The translations under genes were made by a program, and so were the position numbers. A stretch of 64,000 nt of DNA from an uncultured Chloroflexia bacterium (lineage in GTDB: Bacteria; Chloroflexota; Limnocylindria; Limnocylindrales; CSP1-4), in contig CAWBMK010000005.1 in NCBI GenBank assembly GCA_963789905.1, positions 14,387 to 78,386 of the forward strand. Direction: 5' to 3'. Within the stretch, counting starts at the first letter, position 1. Each line of letters starts with the position of its first letter. A model generated the notes under the pieces. That model worked only from the letters and a program-made list of their open reading frames with translations. It had not been told where the DNA came from and did no database searches. This document shows positions 10,096 to 19,910 of this stretch, piece by piece.

Positions 10096-11138
10096 CGACC
10101 TCGAGCGCCGTCCCCGATCTGCCCAGCGCACGCAACCTCGTTCGAATCAGCCTGGACCTGGGCACCGAGGCCGCCCGCCGGCTGCGCGGAGCCTCGATCT
10201 ACGTCGCGATGATCTCGCTGGGCCTGATCGGTCCCGTCGTGGTGGCCTTCATCGTGTTCATGGCGGCCAATCCCGATTACTTCCTGCTGGATGTATTCGC
10301 GGACCCATACGCCGATCCGAGGGCCTTTCCCTACGATCCACAGGTCGCGATCGCGGGTCTATGGCTCTCACTCGGGATCCTGGTGGCCGTGGCCGGACTG
10401 ATCGCGATGGCGGTCGAGAGTCAGGCGATGGCCGCGACGATCCTGGCAGGTGTCGCTCTCGGTCGACCCGTGTCGACGCACGAGGCGCTCCGCCGCTCGC
10501 GACAGGTGTTCTGGCGTCTGGTCGGCTATGCGCTCCTGACGGAGATCCCGATCTCGATCGCGAGCCAGCTCCTGGCGACGATCCTGTTCGTAATCATCGG
10601 CGAGGCGTACGAGACCGTCTCCCTGGTCACGACCGCGTTCGCGGCCCTCCTTGGCCTGCCATTCGTGTACGGCGTCACCTCGATCGTGCTGGGCGACGTC
10701 GGCGTCGTCGAAGCTGCCCGTCGCTCGATCAAGCTGGCGCGTGCGCGATGGCGGCTGGCCATCGTCATCAGCCTCGTCGGGGCCGTGGCCTGGTACATCG
10801 CGACCTTCGCCTACCTCGGGGCGATCGGCATCGTGACGACGCTCGGTGCTCCACTCGGTATCGGAATCGACAACGGTCCCCTCGCGCTGCTCGCGCTTCT
10901 CGGGCTGGCTCTCGCCCTGTCGGCCGCCTTTGGGTCGCTCCTCTTGACTGTGACCGCGATCGTCGTCGCGCCGCAGGTCATCGCCTTCCTCGGCTTGACC
11001 CATTACTCCGGCGGCGTCGATCGCGCCCGCGACGAGACCGTACTGCGACCGGCGGTCCGCTACATGACGCTGCCGATGGCGATCGCCATCGTGGCCGCCG
11101 TGCTCTGCTCCATCGCTGCCATGGTCTCCGCTTCTTGA
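10092..11138 (+). CDS. polytopic membrane protein, function unknown
   Basis: About 348 aa with six or seven hydrophobic helices; GTG start overlaps the dehydratase stop; the track ORF 9831.. is over-extended. Confidence 0.55.
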   Translation: MTTSSAVPDLPSARNLVRISLDLGTEAARRLRGASIYVAMISLGLIGPVVVAFIVFMAANPDYFLLDVFADPYADPRAFPYDPQVAIAGLWLSLGILVAVAGLIAMAVESQAMAATILAGVALGRPVSTHEALRRSRQVFWRLVGYALLTEIPISIASQLLATILFVIIGEAYETVSLVTTAFAALLGLPFVYGVTSIVLGDVGVVEAARRSIKLARARWRLAIVISLVGAVAWYIATFAYLGAIGIVTTLGAPLGIGIDNGPLALLALLGLALALSAAFGSLLLTVTAIVVAPQVIAFLGLTHYSGGVDRARDETVLRPAVRYMTLPMAIAIVAAVLCSIAAMVSAS

Positions 11139-11181
11139 GAACAGGTCGTCCGGGCCTCAGTCCGGGGCCTCAGTCCGGGCC

Positions 11182-11595
11182 TCAATCGAGGCCGAGCTCG
11201 GTCAGACGGTCCTCGCCGATGCCGAGGTGGTGCGCGAGCTCATGGATGACCGTCAGGCGGACCTCCTCCTCGAGGTCGAGCGGATCTGGAAAGTCTTCCT
11301 CGAGCGGTAGCCGAAAGACGGTGATCTTGTTCGGCGCGGCTGACCAGTCGGCGCCGTATTCCGTGCGTGGCACGCCCTCGTAGAGGCCGTACAGCACCTC
11401 GTCCCGGCCGAGCTCGTTCTCGGCCAGCTGGGCAGGGGAGGGCTCGTCGGCGATGACGACGGCGACCTCGGCGAGGGCCTCGCGAAACGGAGACGGTATG
11501 CCCGCCAGCGCTCGCTCGACGAGGGCCTCGAAATCCTCCGGACGGAGGTCCACCGAACGACCAATCCTGCGCGATCCACGACGGCGCTTGGGCAT
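11182..11595 (-). CDS. metallopeptidase family protein (zinicin-like, DUF1025-type)
   Basis: 137 aa with C-terminal HELAHHLG (HExxH) zinc motif. Confidence 0.6.
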   Translation of the reverse strand: MPKRRRGSRRIGRSVDLRPEDFEALVERALAGIPSPFREALAEVAVVIADEPSPAQLAENELGRDEVLYGLYEGVPRTEYGADWSAAPNKITVFRLPLEEDFPDPLDLEEEVRLTVIHELAHHLGIGEDRLTELGLD

Positions 11596-11617
11596 CGGCT
11601 CCGTATGCTAGCCCCCG

Positions 11618-12544
11618 ATGGACGCCTCCCACCTCGACCTCGACCTCGCCGTCGTCCCACCGCCGGACCCGCGAGCCTCTCCGGAGTCGTTTGTCGTCGT
11701 CGTCGACGCGGTCGAACGGATCGCCTTTCATGACTGGGGGGGCCCATCCACCATTGGGCCGCCGGTGCTTCTCATCCATGGCCTCGCGGGCACGGCCGCC
11801 ATCTGGGCGCCCGTCGCCCGCCGGTTGTCGTCGGTCAGGCGGGTCGTCGCCATGGACCTCCGTGGCCACGGGATCTCCGACGCCCCAACGCACGGCTACG
11901 ATCCCGACACGCTCGCCGAGGATTCGGTGGCCGTGGCCGATGGATCCGGGCTGGTATCGCAGGGGCCCATCGTCGTCGCTGGTCATGGCTTCGGTGCGAT
12001 CGTTGCGGCGTGGACCGCCGCGGTCCTGGGCGACGCCTGCGCCGGCCTCGTGCTCGTCGACGGCGGCTGGGAGGAGGCTGAGGAGGCGACCGGAACGGAC
12101 ACCGAAGAGTTCCTGCGCACGATCGCCGAGCCGCCGGAGGTCCTCCGCTCGATGTCGGCGTGGCTGGCCGACCGACGGGCGTTCGATCCGACGACCTGGG
12201 ACGCGGACCAGGAGGCGGCGGCCCGTGAGGCGGTCGTCGAGCTGCCCGTTGGACGCCTCGCGCCGGCCACCCGTCCTCACGTGATGGAGGCGTGCGTGCG
12301 GGCGATGTTCGCGTACCGCCCGACCGTCGTCCTGCCCTCGGTCGAAGCGCCCATCGCCGCCCTCACGGCGGCCGACGACGATGGCGTTCATGGCAGGACG
12401 CTCGTGGCGACACAGGATGCCCTCATCGAGGCCGAGCGGCCACCGATCCGCGTCGCTCGATTTCCCGGCGACGCTCACAACCTCATGCGATATCGACCGA
12501 CCGAGGTCGCGGCTGCGATCCTGGCCGTCGAGCGGATCGGGTGA
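11618..12544 (+). CDS. alpha/beta hydrolase
   Basis: HGLAG oxyanion region, GHGFG nucleophile elbow, C-terminal DAHN; 308 aa. Confidence 0.75.
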   Translation: MDASHLDLDLAVVPPPDPRASPESFVVVVDAVERIAFHDWGGPSTIGPPVLLIHGLAGTAAIWAPVARRLSSVRRVVAMDLRGHGISDAPTHGYDPDTLAEDSVAVADGSGLVSQGPIVVAGHGFGAIVAAWTAAVLGDACAGLVLVDGGWEEAEEATGTDTEEFLRTIAEPPEVLRSMSAWLADRRAFDPTTWDADQEAAAREAVVELPVGRLAPATRPHVMEACVRAMFAYRPTVVLPSVEAPIAALTAADDDGVHGRTLVATQDALIEAERPPIRVARFPGDAHNLMRYRPTEVAAAILAVERIG

Positions 12545-12566
12545 CCGCGGGTACCATGCGGCGACC

Positions 12567-13241
12567 ATGACGACGCCCACGCCCCTGTCGGACAGCGTCC
12601 GCGAGATCGTCGAGGCGATCGAAAGCGACCACGAGCTGCCGATCGAAGGAACGCGCAGCCTCGGTGGCGCGAGCAACGGCCGCGTCGAGTCGGCCGTGCG
12701 CGAAATCCTCATCGAGGTCGGCGAGGATCCAGACCGACAGGGCTTGACGGGCACCCCCGAGAGGATCCTGCGGATGTATGCGGAGCTCACCGCGGGCTAC
12801 CACGTCGACCCCGACCGGCTCCTTGCCGGCGCCCTCTTCGACGTCGCCTACTCCGAGATGGTCGTCGTCAAGGACATCCCCTTCTATTCGCTCTGCGAGC
12901 ACCATCTCCTGCCGTTCTTCGGCACTGCCGCCGTCGCCTACATCCCGAGCGGTCGGGTAGTGGGTCTCTCGAAGATCCCCCGTATCGTCGAGATGTACGC
13001 TCGCCGACTCCAGCTACAGGAGCGGATGACCCAGCAGATCGCCGACCTGCTCATGGAGCGGCTGGAGCCGCAAGGCGTCGGGGTGGTCCTCGAGGCGACC
13101 CACCTGTGCGCGGTCATGCGCGGCGTGGAGAAGCCGGGCACGATCATGACGACCTCGGCCGTCCTCGGGCTGTTCCGCAGCCGCGACCGCACCCGGGCCG
13201 AGTTCCTCGCCCACCTGGAACGTCCCGCCCCGCGCCGGTAG
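12567..13241 (+). CDS. folE: GTP cyclohydrolase I
   Basis: [30 protein letters not shown] (Zn-binding CEHH) and [13 protein letters not shown] motifs; 224 aa from the ATG at 12567. Confidence 0.9.
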   Translation: MTTPTPLSDSVREIVEAIESDHELPIEGTRSLGGASNGRVESAVREILIEVGEDPDRQGLTGTPERILRMYAELTAGYHVDPDRLLAGALFDVAYSEMVVVKDIPFYSLCEHHLLPFFGTAAVAYIPSGRVVGLSKIPRIVEMYARRLQLQERMTQQIADLLMERLEPQGVGVVLEATHLCAVMRGVEKPGTIMTTSAVLGLFRSRDRTRAEFLAHLERPAPRR

Positions 13242-13254
13242 GCCGGCTGGCGAC

Positions 13255-14352
13255 CTAGGTATCCTCGCGGATGGCGATCCGATTGGAGCCGCCGGTCAGC
13301 TCCACGTCGAAGACGTCCGCGGCCTGATCCGCGTCTGCCGATGACAGCGCGGTCTGGCCACCAGTGCGGCCGAGCTTCTGTCGGTCGAACTCGACCGAGC
13401 TCGCCCCGCCGGACAGTCGCAGACGGATCGACACGCCGGCCGGCCTCGAGATTCCGATGTCGTTCGCCCCACCCGTAATCCGCACCGGCACGCGGCCCTG
13501 CGGCCGCCCGAGGGTCAGCCGGATGTCACCGGCGCCGCCGGTCATCTGGAATGCCGACAGGTTCAGAGCGGCGAGCTTCGCGTCGATCGTGTTGGCGCCG
13601 CCCACCACATCGATCGCCCACGGGATCGCAGCATTTAGGGCGAGATCGGCGTTGCGCTTCTTCCACTCCCAGGGCATGCCCCGGCCCTTGTAGTAGAGAT
13701 AGACCGTGCCCTCGCGCAGACGGACGTGGGGCACCATGCCCGTGAAGCGTCCGATGTACAGCTCCTGGAGATCGTCCACCGAGCCGATCGTCAGGTCGTT
13801 GACGCCGGATCGGACCAAGAGCCGAGCGCTGGTGAGGCCGCCGAGCGGGGCGGCATGCTGGCTTATTGCTCCCTCATCGACCGTCGAGGGAGACTCGTCG
13901 CGGAGCGAGGTCGCCTCCGAACGGGTGATCTCGGCCATCCTGGTCAGGAAGTCGTCGATGAGGGCAAGCTGCTCGGGCGTGTAATAGTCGACCATCGATC
14001 CGCTCGCCTCGTCGAGACGGTCGAGGGTCATCTCGATGGCCGCGATCTTCTCGGGCACGACCTCGACCACCACCCGGCGACGATCGGCGGGGTCGGGAAT
14101 CCGCCGGACGTAGCCGGCCTGCTCGAGGCGATCGACGACGCGAGTGACGGCCCCGGTCGTCAGGCCGGTCAGCTCGGAGAGCCTGCCGGCCGTTGTGGAT
14201 CCCAGGTCGATGAGGCTTTCGAGGGCCTCGATATCGGACTCCGAGAGTCCGAACCGGACGGCGACCGTCTGGCCGAACAACGAGCCCTGGATGCTGACGC
14301 GCCGCAGCGAACGAACCACGGACTTGATCGATCCTCGTTCGTTTGTGGTCAT
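13255..14352 (-). CDS. MarR-family wHTH regulator fused to a C-terminal beta-rich (LiaF/toast-rack-like) domain
   Basis: The N-terminal 150 aa are MarR-like (GLSESDIEALESLIDLGSTTAGRLSELTGLTTGAVTRVVDRLEQAGYVRR); the C-terminal 200 aa consist of repeated G-G-x-x-D/I beta-strand units; divergent from the ABC exporter at 14472. Confidence 0.65.
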   Translation of the reverse strand: MTTNERGSIKSVVRSLRRVSIQGSLFGQTVAVRFGLSESDIEALESLIDLGSTTAGRLSELTGLTTGAVTRVVDRLEQAGYVRRIPDPADRRRVVVEVVPEKIAAIEMTLDRLDEASGSMVDYYTPEQLALIDDFLTRMAEITRSEATSLRDESPSTVDEGAISQHAAPLGGLTSARLLVRSGVNDLTIGSVDDLQELYIGRFTGMVPHVRLREGTVYLYYKGRGMPWEWKKRNADLALNAAIPWAIDVVGGANTIDAKLAALNLSAFQMTGGAGDIRLTLGRPQGRVPVRITGGANDIGISRPAGVSIRLRLSGGASSVEFDRQKLGRTGGQTALSSADADQAADVFDVELTGGSNRIAIREDT

Positions 14353-14471
14353 GGCTTGACACCGCTCCATCTACCGGGCACTATCTGCGCCGTGCAGATA
14401 ATGCCCCATGTTGCTGACCAGTGCAACCAGCGCTGTCGACAGGGTAGTTCACCGCACGAAGGAGCAGGTCG

Positions 14472-15449
<978 letters not shown>

Positions 15450-15514
15450 CAGCCCACCCCTCGGACCCAATGACGCATCTGTCGACAGATCTCTTCTGAA
15501 AGGAGAACCCTCCC

Positions 15515-16276
15515 ATGATCGCCGCCGCCCGCGACACCTGGCTCATCTTCGAGCGGTCGCTCTATCTCACGATCAAGCAGCCCGTGTGGGTCGTCCTGGG
15601 GATCATCCAGCCGATCCTGTTCCTTGTCCTCTTCGGTCCGCTCCTCGAGGGAGCGACGGTCGCCGCCGGCGCCGAAACGAACGCCTACAACTGGTTCCTG
15701 CCCGGGTTGCTCATCCAGGTCGCCCTGTTTGGCGCCTTCTTCGTCGGCTTCGGGCTCATCGCCGAGGTGCGCTACGGCGTCGTCGAGCGGATGCGCGTGA
15801 CACCGATGAGCCGCGTCTCGATGCTCCTTGGCCGCTCGCTTCGCGACATCGTCATCCTCGAGGGTCAGGCGCTCATCATGATCTTGCTGGCCATCCCGTT
15901 CGGCCTCGAGGTCGATCCGGCCGGGGTCGTCGGGACGCTCGGCCTGATTGCCCTCCTCGGGTTGGCTATGGCGCCGCTGTCGTACTCGCTTGCGCTCATC
16001 CTCCGAAGCGAGGATGCGCTCGCCCCGCTGCTCAACGGGACGGTCGTCCCGTTGCTCTTGCTCTCGGGGATCCTCCTGCCGATGGCGCTGGCACCCGAAT
16101 GGCTCCAGACCCTGTCCGACATCAACCCGTTGACCCACACGGTGAATGCCGCTCGGGCCCTCTTCAACGGCGAATTCGGCAATCCTGAGGTCGCCATCGG
16201 CGTCGCCGTGACCGCCATCGCCGCTGTGCTGGCGGTGCTCGCCGGGGCGCGCTCGTTCAGTCGGGCGGCCGCCTGA
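15515..16276 (+). CDS. ABC-2 type transporter permease (DrrB-like)
   Basis: 253 aa, six TM helices; follows the ATPase. Confidence 0.8.
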   Translation: MIAAARDTWLIFERSLYLTIKQPVWVVLGIIQPILFLVLFGPLLEGATVAAGAETNAYNWFLPGLLIQVALFGAFFVGFGLIAEVRYGVVERMRVTPMSRVSMLLGRSLRDIVILEGQALIMILLAIPFGLEVDPAGVVGTLGLIALLGLAMAPLSYSLALILRSEDALAPLLNGTVVPLLLLSGILLPMALAPEWLQTLSDINPLTHTVNAARALFNGEFGNPEVAIGVAVTAIAAVLAVLAGARSFSRAAA

Positions 16277-16316
16277 GAGCCCGCACCTCGCGAGGCGGCT
16301 GCGCTACGATCGGTCG

Positions 16317-16721
16317 GTGAGCGATCGGCCGATCAGGGTCCTTATCGCCAAGCCCGGCCTCGATGGGCACGACCGCGGGGCCAAGGTGCTCGCGCGTGGG
16401 CTGCGCGACGAGGGCTTCGAGGTCGTCTACACGGGTCTCCGTCAGACGCCCGAGATGGTCGTGACGGCCGCCCTCCAGGAGGACGTCGATGTCGTCGGGC
16501 TCTCGATCCTGTCGGGAGCCCACATGACCCTGCTGCCGCGGATCTGTCTCCTCATGAAGGAGCGTGGTCTCGACGACGTGCTCGTCACGGCCGGCGGCAT
16601 CATCCCCGACGACGACGTCGCATCGCTTCGCGAGGCCGGCGTCGCTGCCGTGTTCGGGCCGGGCACGACGATCCGTGAGGTGGGGGACTTCTTCCGGGCC
16701 AACGTCCGGCCGCGCGAATAG
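16317..16721 (+). CDS. cobalamin-binding small subunit of acyl-CoA mutase (MCM C-terminal-domain-like)
   Basis: 134 aa; B12-binding DxHxxG motif ([11 protein letters not shown]) and Rossmann-like layout. Confidence 0.85.
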   Translation: MSDRPIRVLIAKPGLDGHDRGAKVLARGLRDEGFEVVYTGLRQTPEMVVTAALQEDVDVVGLSILSGAHMTLLPRICLLMKERGLDDVLVTAGGIIPDDDVASLREAGVAAVFGPGTTIREVGDFFRANVRPRE

Positions 16722-16722
16722 C

Positions 16723-17733
16723 GTGGCCGATCCGGCGGCGAGGGCCGCCGACCTAGCCACGCGAGCCCTGGCCGGCGATCGGCGCGCACTCGCGCGACTC
16801 CTGACCGCCATCGAGAATCGGACACCGATCGCCGAACATGCCATGCGTCGCCTCTATTCGAAGGCCGGCCGAGCTCATGTCGTGGGGATGACCGGGCCGC
16901 CCGGAGCCGGCAAGAGCACGCTCGTGTCAGCACTCATCGCCGAGCTCAGGCGGGCGGGCCGACCGGTCGGCGTCATCGCCGTCGATCCATCGTCGCCTAT
17001 CACGGGCGGCGCCCTCCTGGGTGATCGGGTGAGGATGCAGGACTACGCGTCAGACGAAGGGGTGTTCATCCGCTCGATGGCGTCGCGCGGCCACGCCGGC
17101 GGCCTCGCCCCGACGACGGGCGCCGCGGCTGCCGTCCTCGACGCGGTGGGTTTCGAGGTCGTCTTCGTCGAGACGGTCGGGACCGGCCAATCCGAGGTCG
17201 AGGTGGCGGCGATGGCCGACACGACGATCGTCCTCGAGGCACCCGAGTCCGGAGACGAGATCCAGGCCATCAAGGCCGGCCTGCTCGAGGTCGCTGATCT
17301 CGTCGTCGTCAACAAGGGCGATCGACCTGGCGCCCAGCGGACCGTGAGCCAGCTGCGGGCGATGCTGACGGCCGCGGCCAAGGTCGGTGCGGCGGCTGTC
17401 GCCGACGACCGTCCTCGCCCGAAGCGACCCGACGTGCTGATGACCACGGCGATCGACGGGACCGGCGTCCCCGAGCTGATCGCCGCGCTCGATGCGCGTG
17501 TCTCGATTGCCGCTCACGGCGAGGTGGATGGCACGAGGGCTCGCGCGCGCCTCGCCCGGGCCGAGGCCCAGGTCTGGGCGATCGTCGATCAGCGGCTGCG
17601 GGATCGTCTCCGTCAGCCGGATCGAGCGACCGACGCCGGGCGCATCCTCGCCGCCGTGGCCGGTCACGACCTGGACCCGTATGCTGCGGCCGATCGCCTC
17701 ATCGATGCGCTCGAGCTGCGGGAGGATGCGTGA
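16723..17733 (+). CDS. meaB: methylmalonyl-CoA mutase-associated GTPase (MeaB/ArgK family G-protein chaperone)
   Basis: P-loop GMTGPPGAGKST, switch region VIAVDPSSPITGGALLGDRVRM, and VVVNKGD (NKxD); GTG start two nucleotides after the small-subunit stop. Confidence 0.85.
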   Translation: MADPAARAADLATRALAGDRRALARLLTAIENRTPIAEHAMRRLYSKAGRAHVVGMTGPPGAGKSTLVSALIAELRRAGRPVGVIAVDPSSPITGGALLGDRVRMQDYASDEGVFIRSMASRGHAGGLAPTTGAAAAVLDAVGFEVVFVETVGTGQSEVEVAAMADTTIVLEAPESGDEIQAIKAGLLEVADLVVVNKGDRPGAQRTVSQLRAMLTAAAKVGAAAVADDRPRPKRPDVLMTTAIDGTGVPELIAALDARVSIAAHGEVDGTRARARLARAEAQVWAIVDQRLRDRLRQPDRATDAGRILAAVAGHDLDPYAAADRLIDALELREDA

Positions 17734-18623
17734 TGCCGATCAATCGGGTATTCATCGCCGGTGCGGGCCTCATGGGACATGGCATGGCGCAGATCCTGGC
17801 CGCCACGGGCCGCCCGGTGACGCTCTACGAGCCCGATCTCGAGCGGGCAGTGGCGGGTCGAGTCCGAGTTCTTGGCAACCTCGAGCGGTCCGTGTCCAAG
17901 GGTCGCCTGAAGGGATCGGAACGCGACGCCATGCTGCAGCGCATCTCCGTGACGGACGATCCGGCGCAGGTGCGCGGCGCGGACCTTGTTCTCGAGGCCG
18001 TGTTCGAAGACGCCGCCGTGAAGTCCAACCTGTGGGCATCGCTCGATGCGATCGCCAGCGCGCATGCGATCTTCGCGACGAACACGTCCTCGATCTCCAT
18101 CGACCGTCTCGCGGAGGCCGTGTCCGAGCAGCGACGAGCGCGATTCCTCGGCATGCACTTCTTCAGTCCGGTTCCGCTGATGCCTCTCGTCGAGATCATC
18201 CGCGGATCGGCCACCAGCGACGATGTCGCCGCCGCGATCCGGGCGCTGGCGACGGAGCTCGGCAAGGACGTCATCGTCTCGGCTGACCGGCCCGGCTTCA
18301 TCGTCAACAGGATCCTCATGCCGCTCCTCGCCGAAGCGATGCGAACGTACGAAGAGGGGACGGGGACGGCGGAAGACATCGATATCGGAACCAAGATCGG
18401 GCTCAACCACCCGATGGGTCCGCTCGAGCTCGCCGACTTCATCGGTCTCGATGTGGTTCTGGGCATCATGCGCACCCTCCACGAGGGCCTCGGTGCCGAA
18501 CAGTTCCGGCCGCCCAAGGTGTTGGAGGACCTCGTCGCCGAGGGTCACCTCGGGCAGAAGACCGGCCAGGGCTTTCACACATACGCGAGCTCGACGGGGC
18601 CCTCCGCAAGCACCCCGGCGTAG
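17730..18623 (+). CDS. 3-hydroxyacyl-CoA / 3-hydroxybutyryl-CoA dehydrogenase
   Basis: N-terminal NAD fold IAGAGLMGHGMAQ plus the canonical HFFSPVPLMPLVEII and GFIVNRIL motifs; start overlaps the meaB stop by 4 nt. Confidence 0.85.
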   Translation: MMPINRVFIAGAGLMGHGMAQILAATGRPVTLYEPDLERAVAGRVRVLGNLERSVSKGRLKGSERDAMLQRISVTDDPAQVRGADLVLEAVFEDAAVKSNLWASLDAIASAHAIFATNTSSISIDRLAEAVSEQRRARFLGMHFFSPVPLMPLVEIIRGSATSDDVAAAIRALATELGKDVIVSADRPGFIVNRILMPLLAEAMRTYEEGTGTAEDIDIGTKIGLNHPMGPLELADFIGLDVVLGIMRTLHEGLGAEQFRPPKVLEDLVAEGHLGQKTGQGFHTYASSTGPSASTPA

Positions 18624-18635
18624 ACTCCCGACCTG

Positions 18636-19856
18636 ATGCATCCCAACGGCGACGTCTTCATCGTGTCGGCCGCGCGCACGCCGATCGGCAAGTTCGGCGG
18701 TGGCCTTGCATCTGTGCCGGCCGTCGAGCTCGGAGGCGTGGCGATCCGGGCGGCCGTGGACAGATCCGGTCTGCCCCAGGGCACGGCAATCGACGAGGTG
18801 CTGATGGGCCAGGTCCTTCAGGCGGGCGTCGGTCAGGCGTCCGCGCGACGAGCCGGCCTCGCCGCCGGTCTGCCCGATACGACGAGCGCGACGACGATCA
18901 ACCGCGTCTGCGGCTCGGGCCTCAAAGCGATCATGCTCGCCTCGGCATCGATCCGGGCCGGCGATGGCGAGGTCTACGTCGCCGGGGGGATGGAGTCGAT
19001 GAACCAGGCACCGTTCCTCCTCGACAGGGCGCGCTTCGGTTACCGGCTGGGCCACGGCGAGCTGCGCGATGCGACGATCACCGACGGCCTGTGGTGCAGC
19101 GTCGAGGACTGTCACATGGGCACCCATGCGGAACGCGTGGCGATCAAGGAGAGCGTGAGTCGCGACGATCAGGACGCCTTCGCCCTCGAAAGCCATCGGC
19201 GCGCGGTCGCAGCGATCGATGCCGGCCGCTTCGACGATGAGCTCACGCCAGTGACCGTCCGCGGCCCAAAGGGCGATACGACGGTCAGCGTCGATGAGTC
19301 GCCCCGTCGCGATACGTCGAGCGAGGCACTGGCCCGGCTCGCGCCGGTCTTCCCGCTCCCGGCGGGCGAGGACGCCGGCGATGCCGAGGTCGGCACCGTG
19401 ACGGCGGGCAATGCGCCGGGCATCACCGATGGGGCGGCCGCGACGATCGTGGTCAGCGAGCGCGTCGTCGAGGCGAACGCCCTGCGGCCGTTGGCCAGGA
19501 TCGTGGGCTACGCTCAGGCGGAGGTCGCCCCCAAGTGGCTGTTCCTGGCTCCGATCGAGGGTGTCCGCCGCCTCCTGGAGAAGACGGGCTTGTCGATCGG
19601 CGAGTTCGATCTCATCGAGATCAACGAGGCCTTCGCGGCCCAGACCCTCGCCGACGGTCGCGCCCTGGGCTTCGACTGGGCGAAGGTGAACGTCAACGGC
19701 GGCGCCATCGCTCTGGGCCACCCGATCGGAGCATCCGGTGCCCGGATCGTGGCGACCCTGCTCCACGAGCTGCGCCGGCGAGAAGGGCGATACGGTCTGG
19801 CGACGCTGTGTCTCGGCGGCGGCGGGTCGGTCGCCATGGCGTTCGAGCGGGTCTGA
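18636..19856 (+). CDS. acetyl-CoA C-acetyltransferase (thiolase II)
   Basis: Active-site Cys region NRVCGSGLKAI and C-terminal GLATLCLGGGGSVAMAFE thiolase signature. Confidence 0.9.
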   Translation: MHPNGDVFIVSAARTPIGKFGGGLASVPAVELGGVAIRAAVDRSGLPQGTAIDEVLMGQVLQAGVGQASARRAGLAAGLPDTTSATTINRVCGSGLKAIMLASASIRAGDGEVYVAGGMESMNQAPFLLDRARFGYRLGHGELRDATITDGLWCSVEDCHMGTHAERVAIKESVSRDDQDAFALESHRRAVAAIDAGRFDDELTPVTVRGPKGDTTVSVDESPRRDTSSEALARLAPVFPLPAGEDAGDAEVGTVTAGNAPGITDGAAATIVVSERVVEANALRPLARIVGYAQAEVAPKWLFLAPIEGVRRLLEKTGLSIGEFDLIEINEAFAAQTLADGRALGFDWAKVNVNGGAIALGHPIGASGARIVATLLHELRRREGRYGLATLCLGGGGSVAMAFERV

Positions 19857-19910
19857 ACCGAGCGGGAAGAACGGGGAATGAGGGGGACCGAGGGGGAGGG
19901 ATAGCGGCCG

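Noticed and set aside
11240-12790. 516-aa minus-strand ORF
   Set aside because: Antisense to the alpha/beta hydrolase and folE; Arg/Gly-rich nonsense translation.
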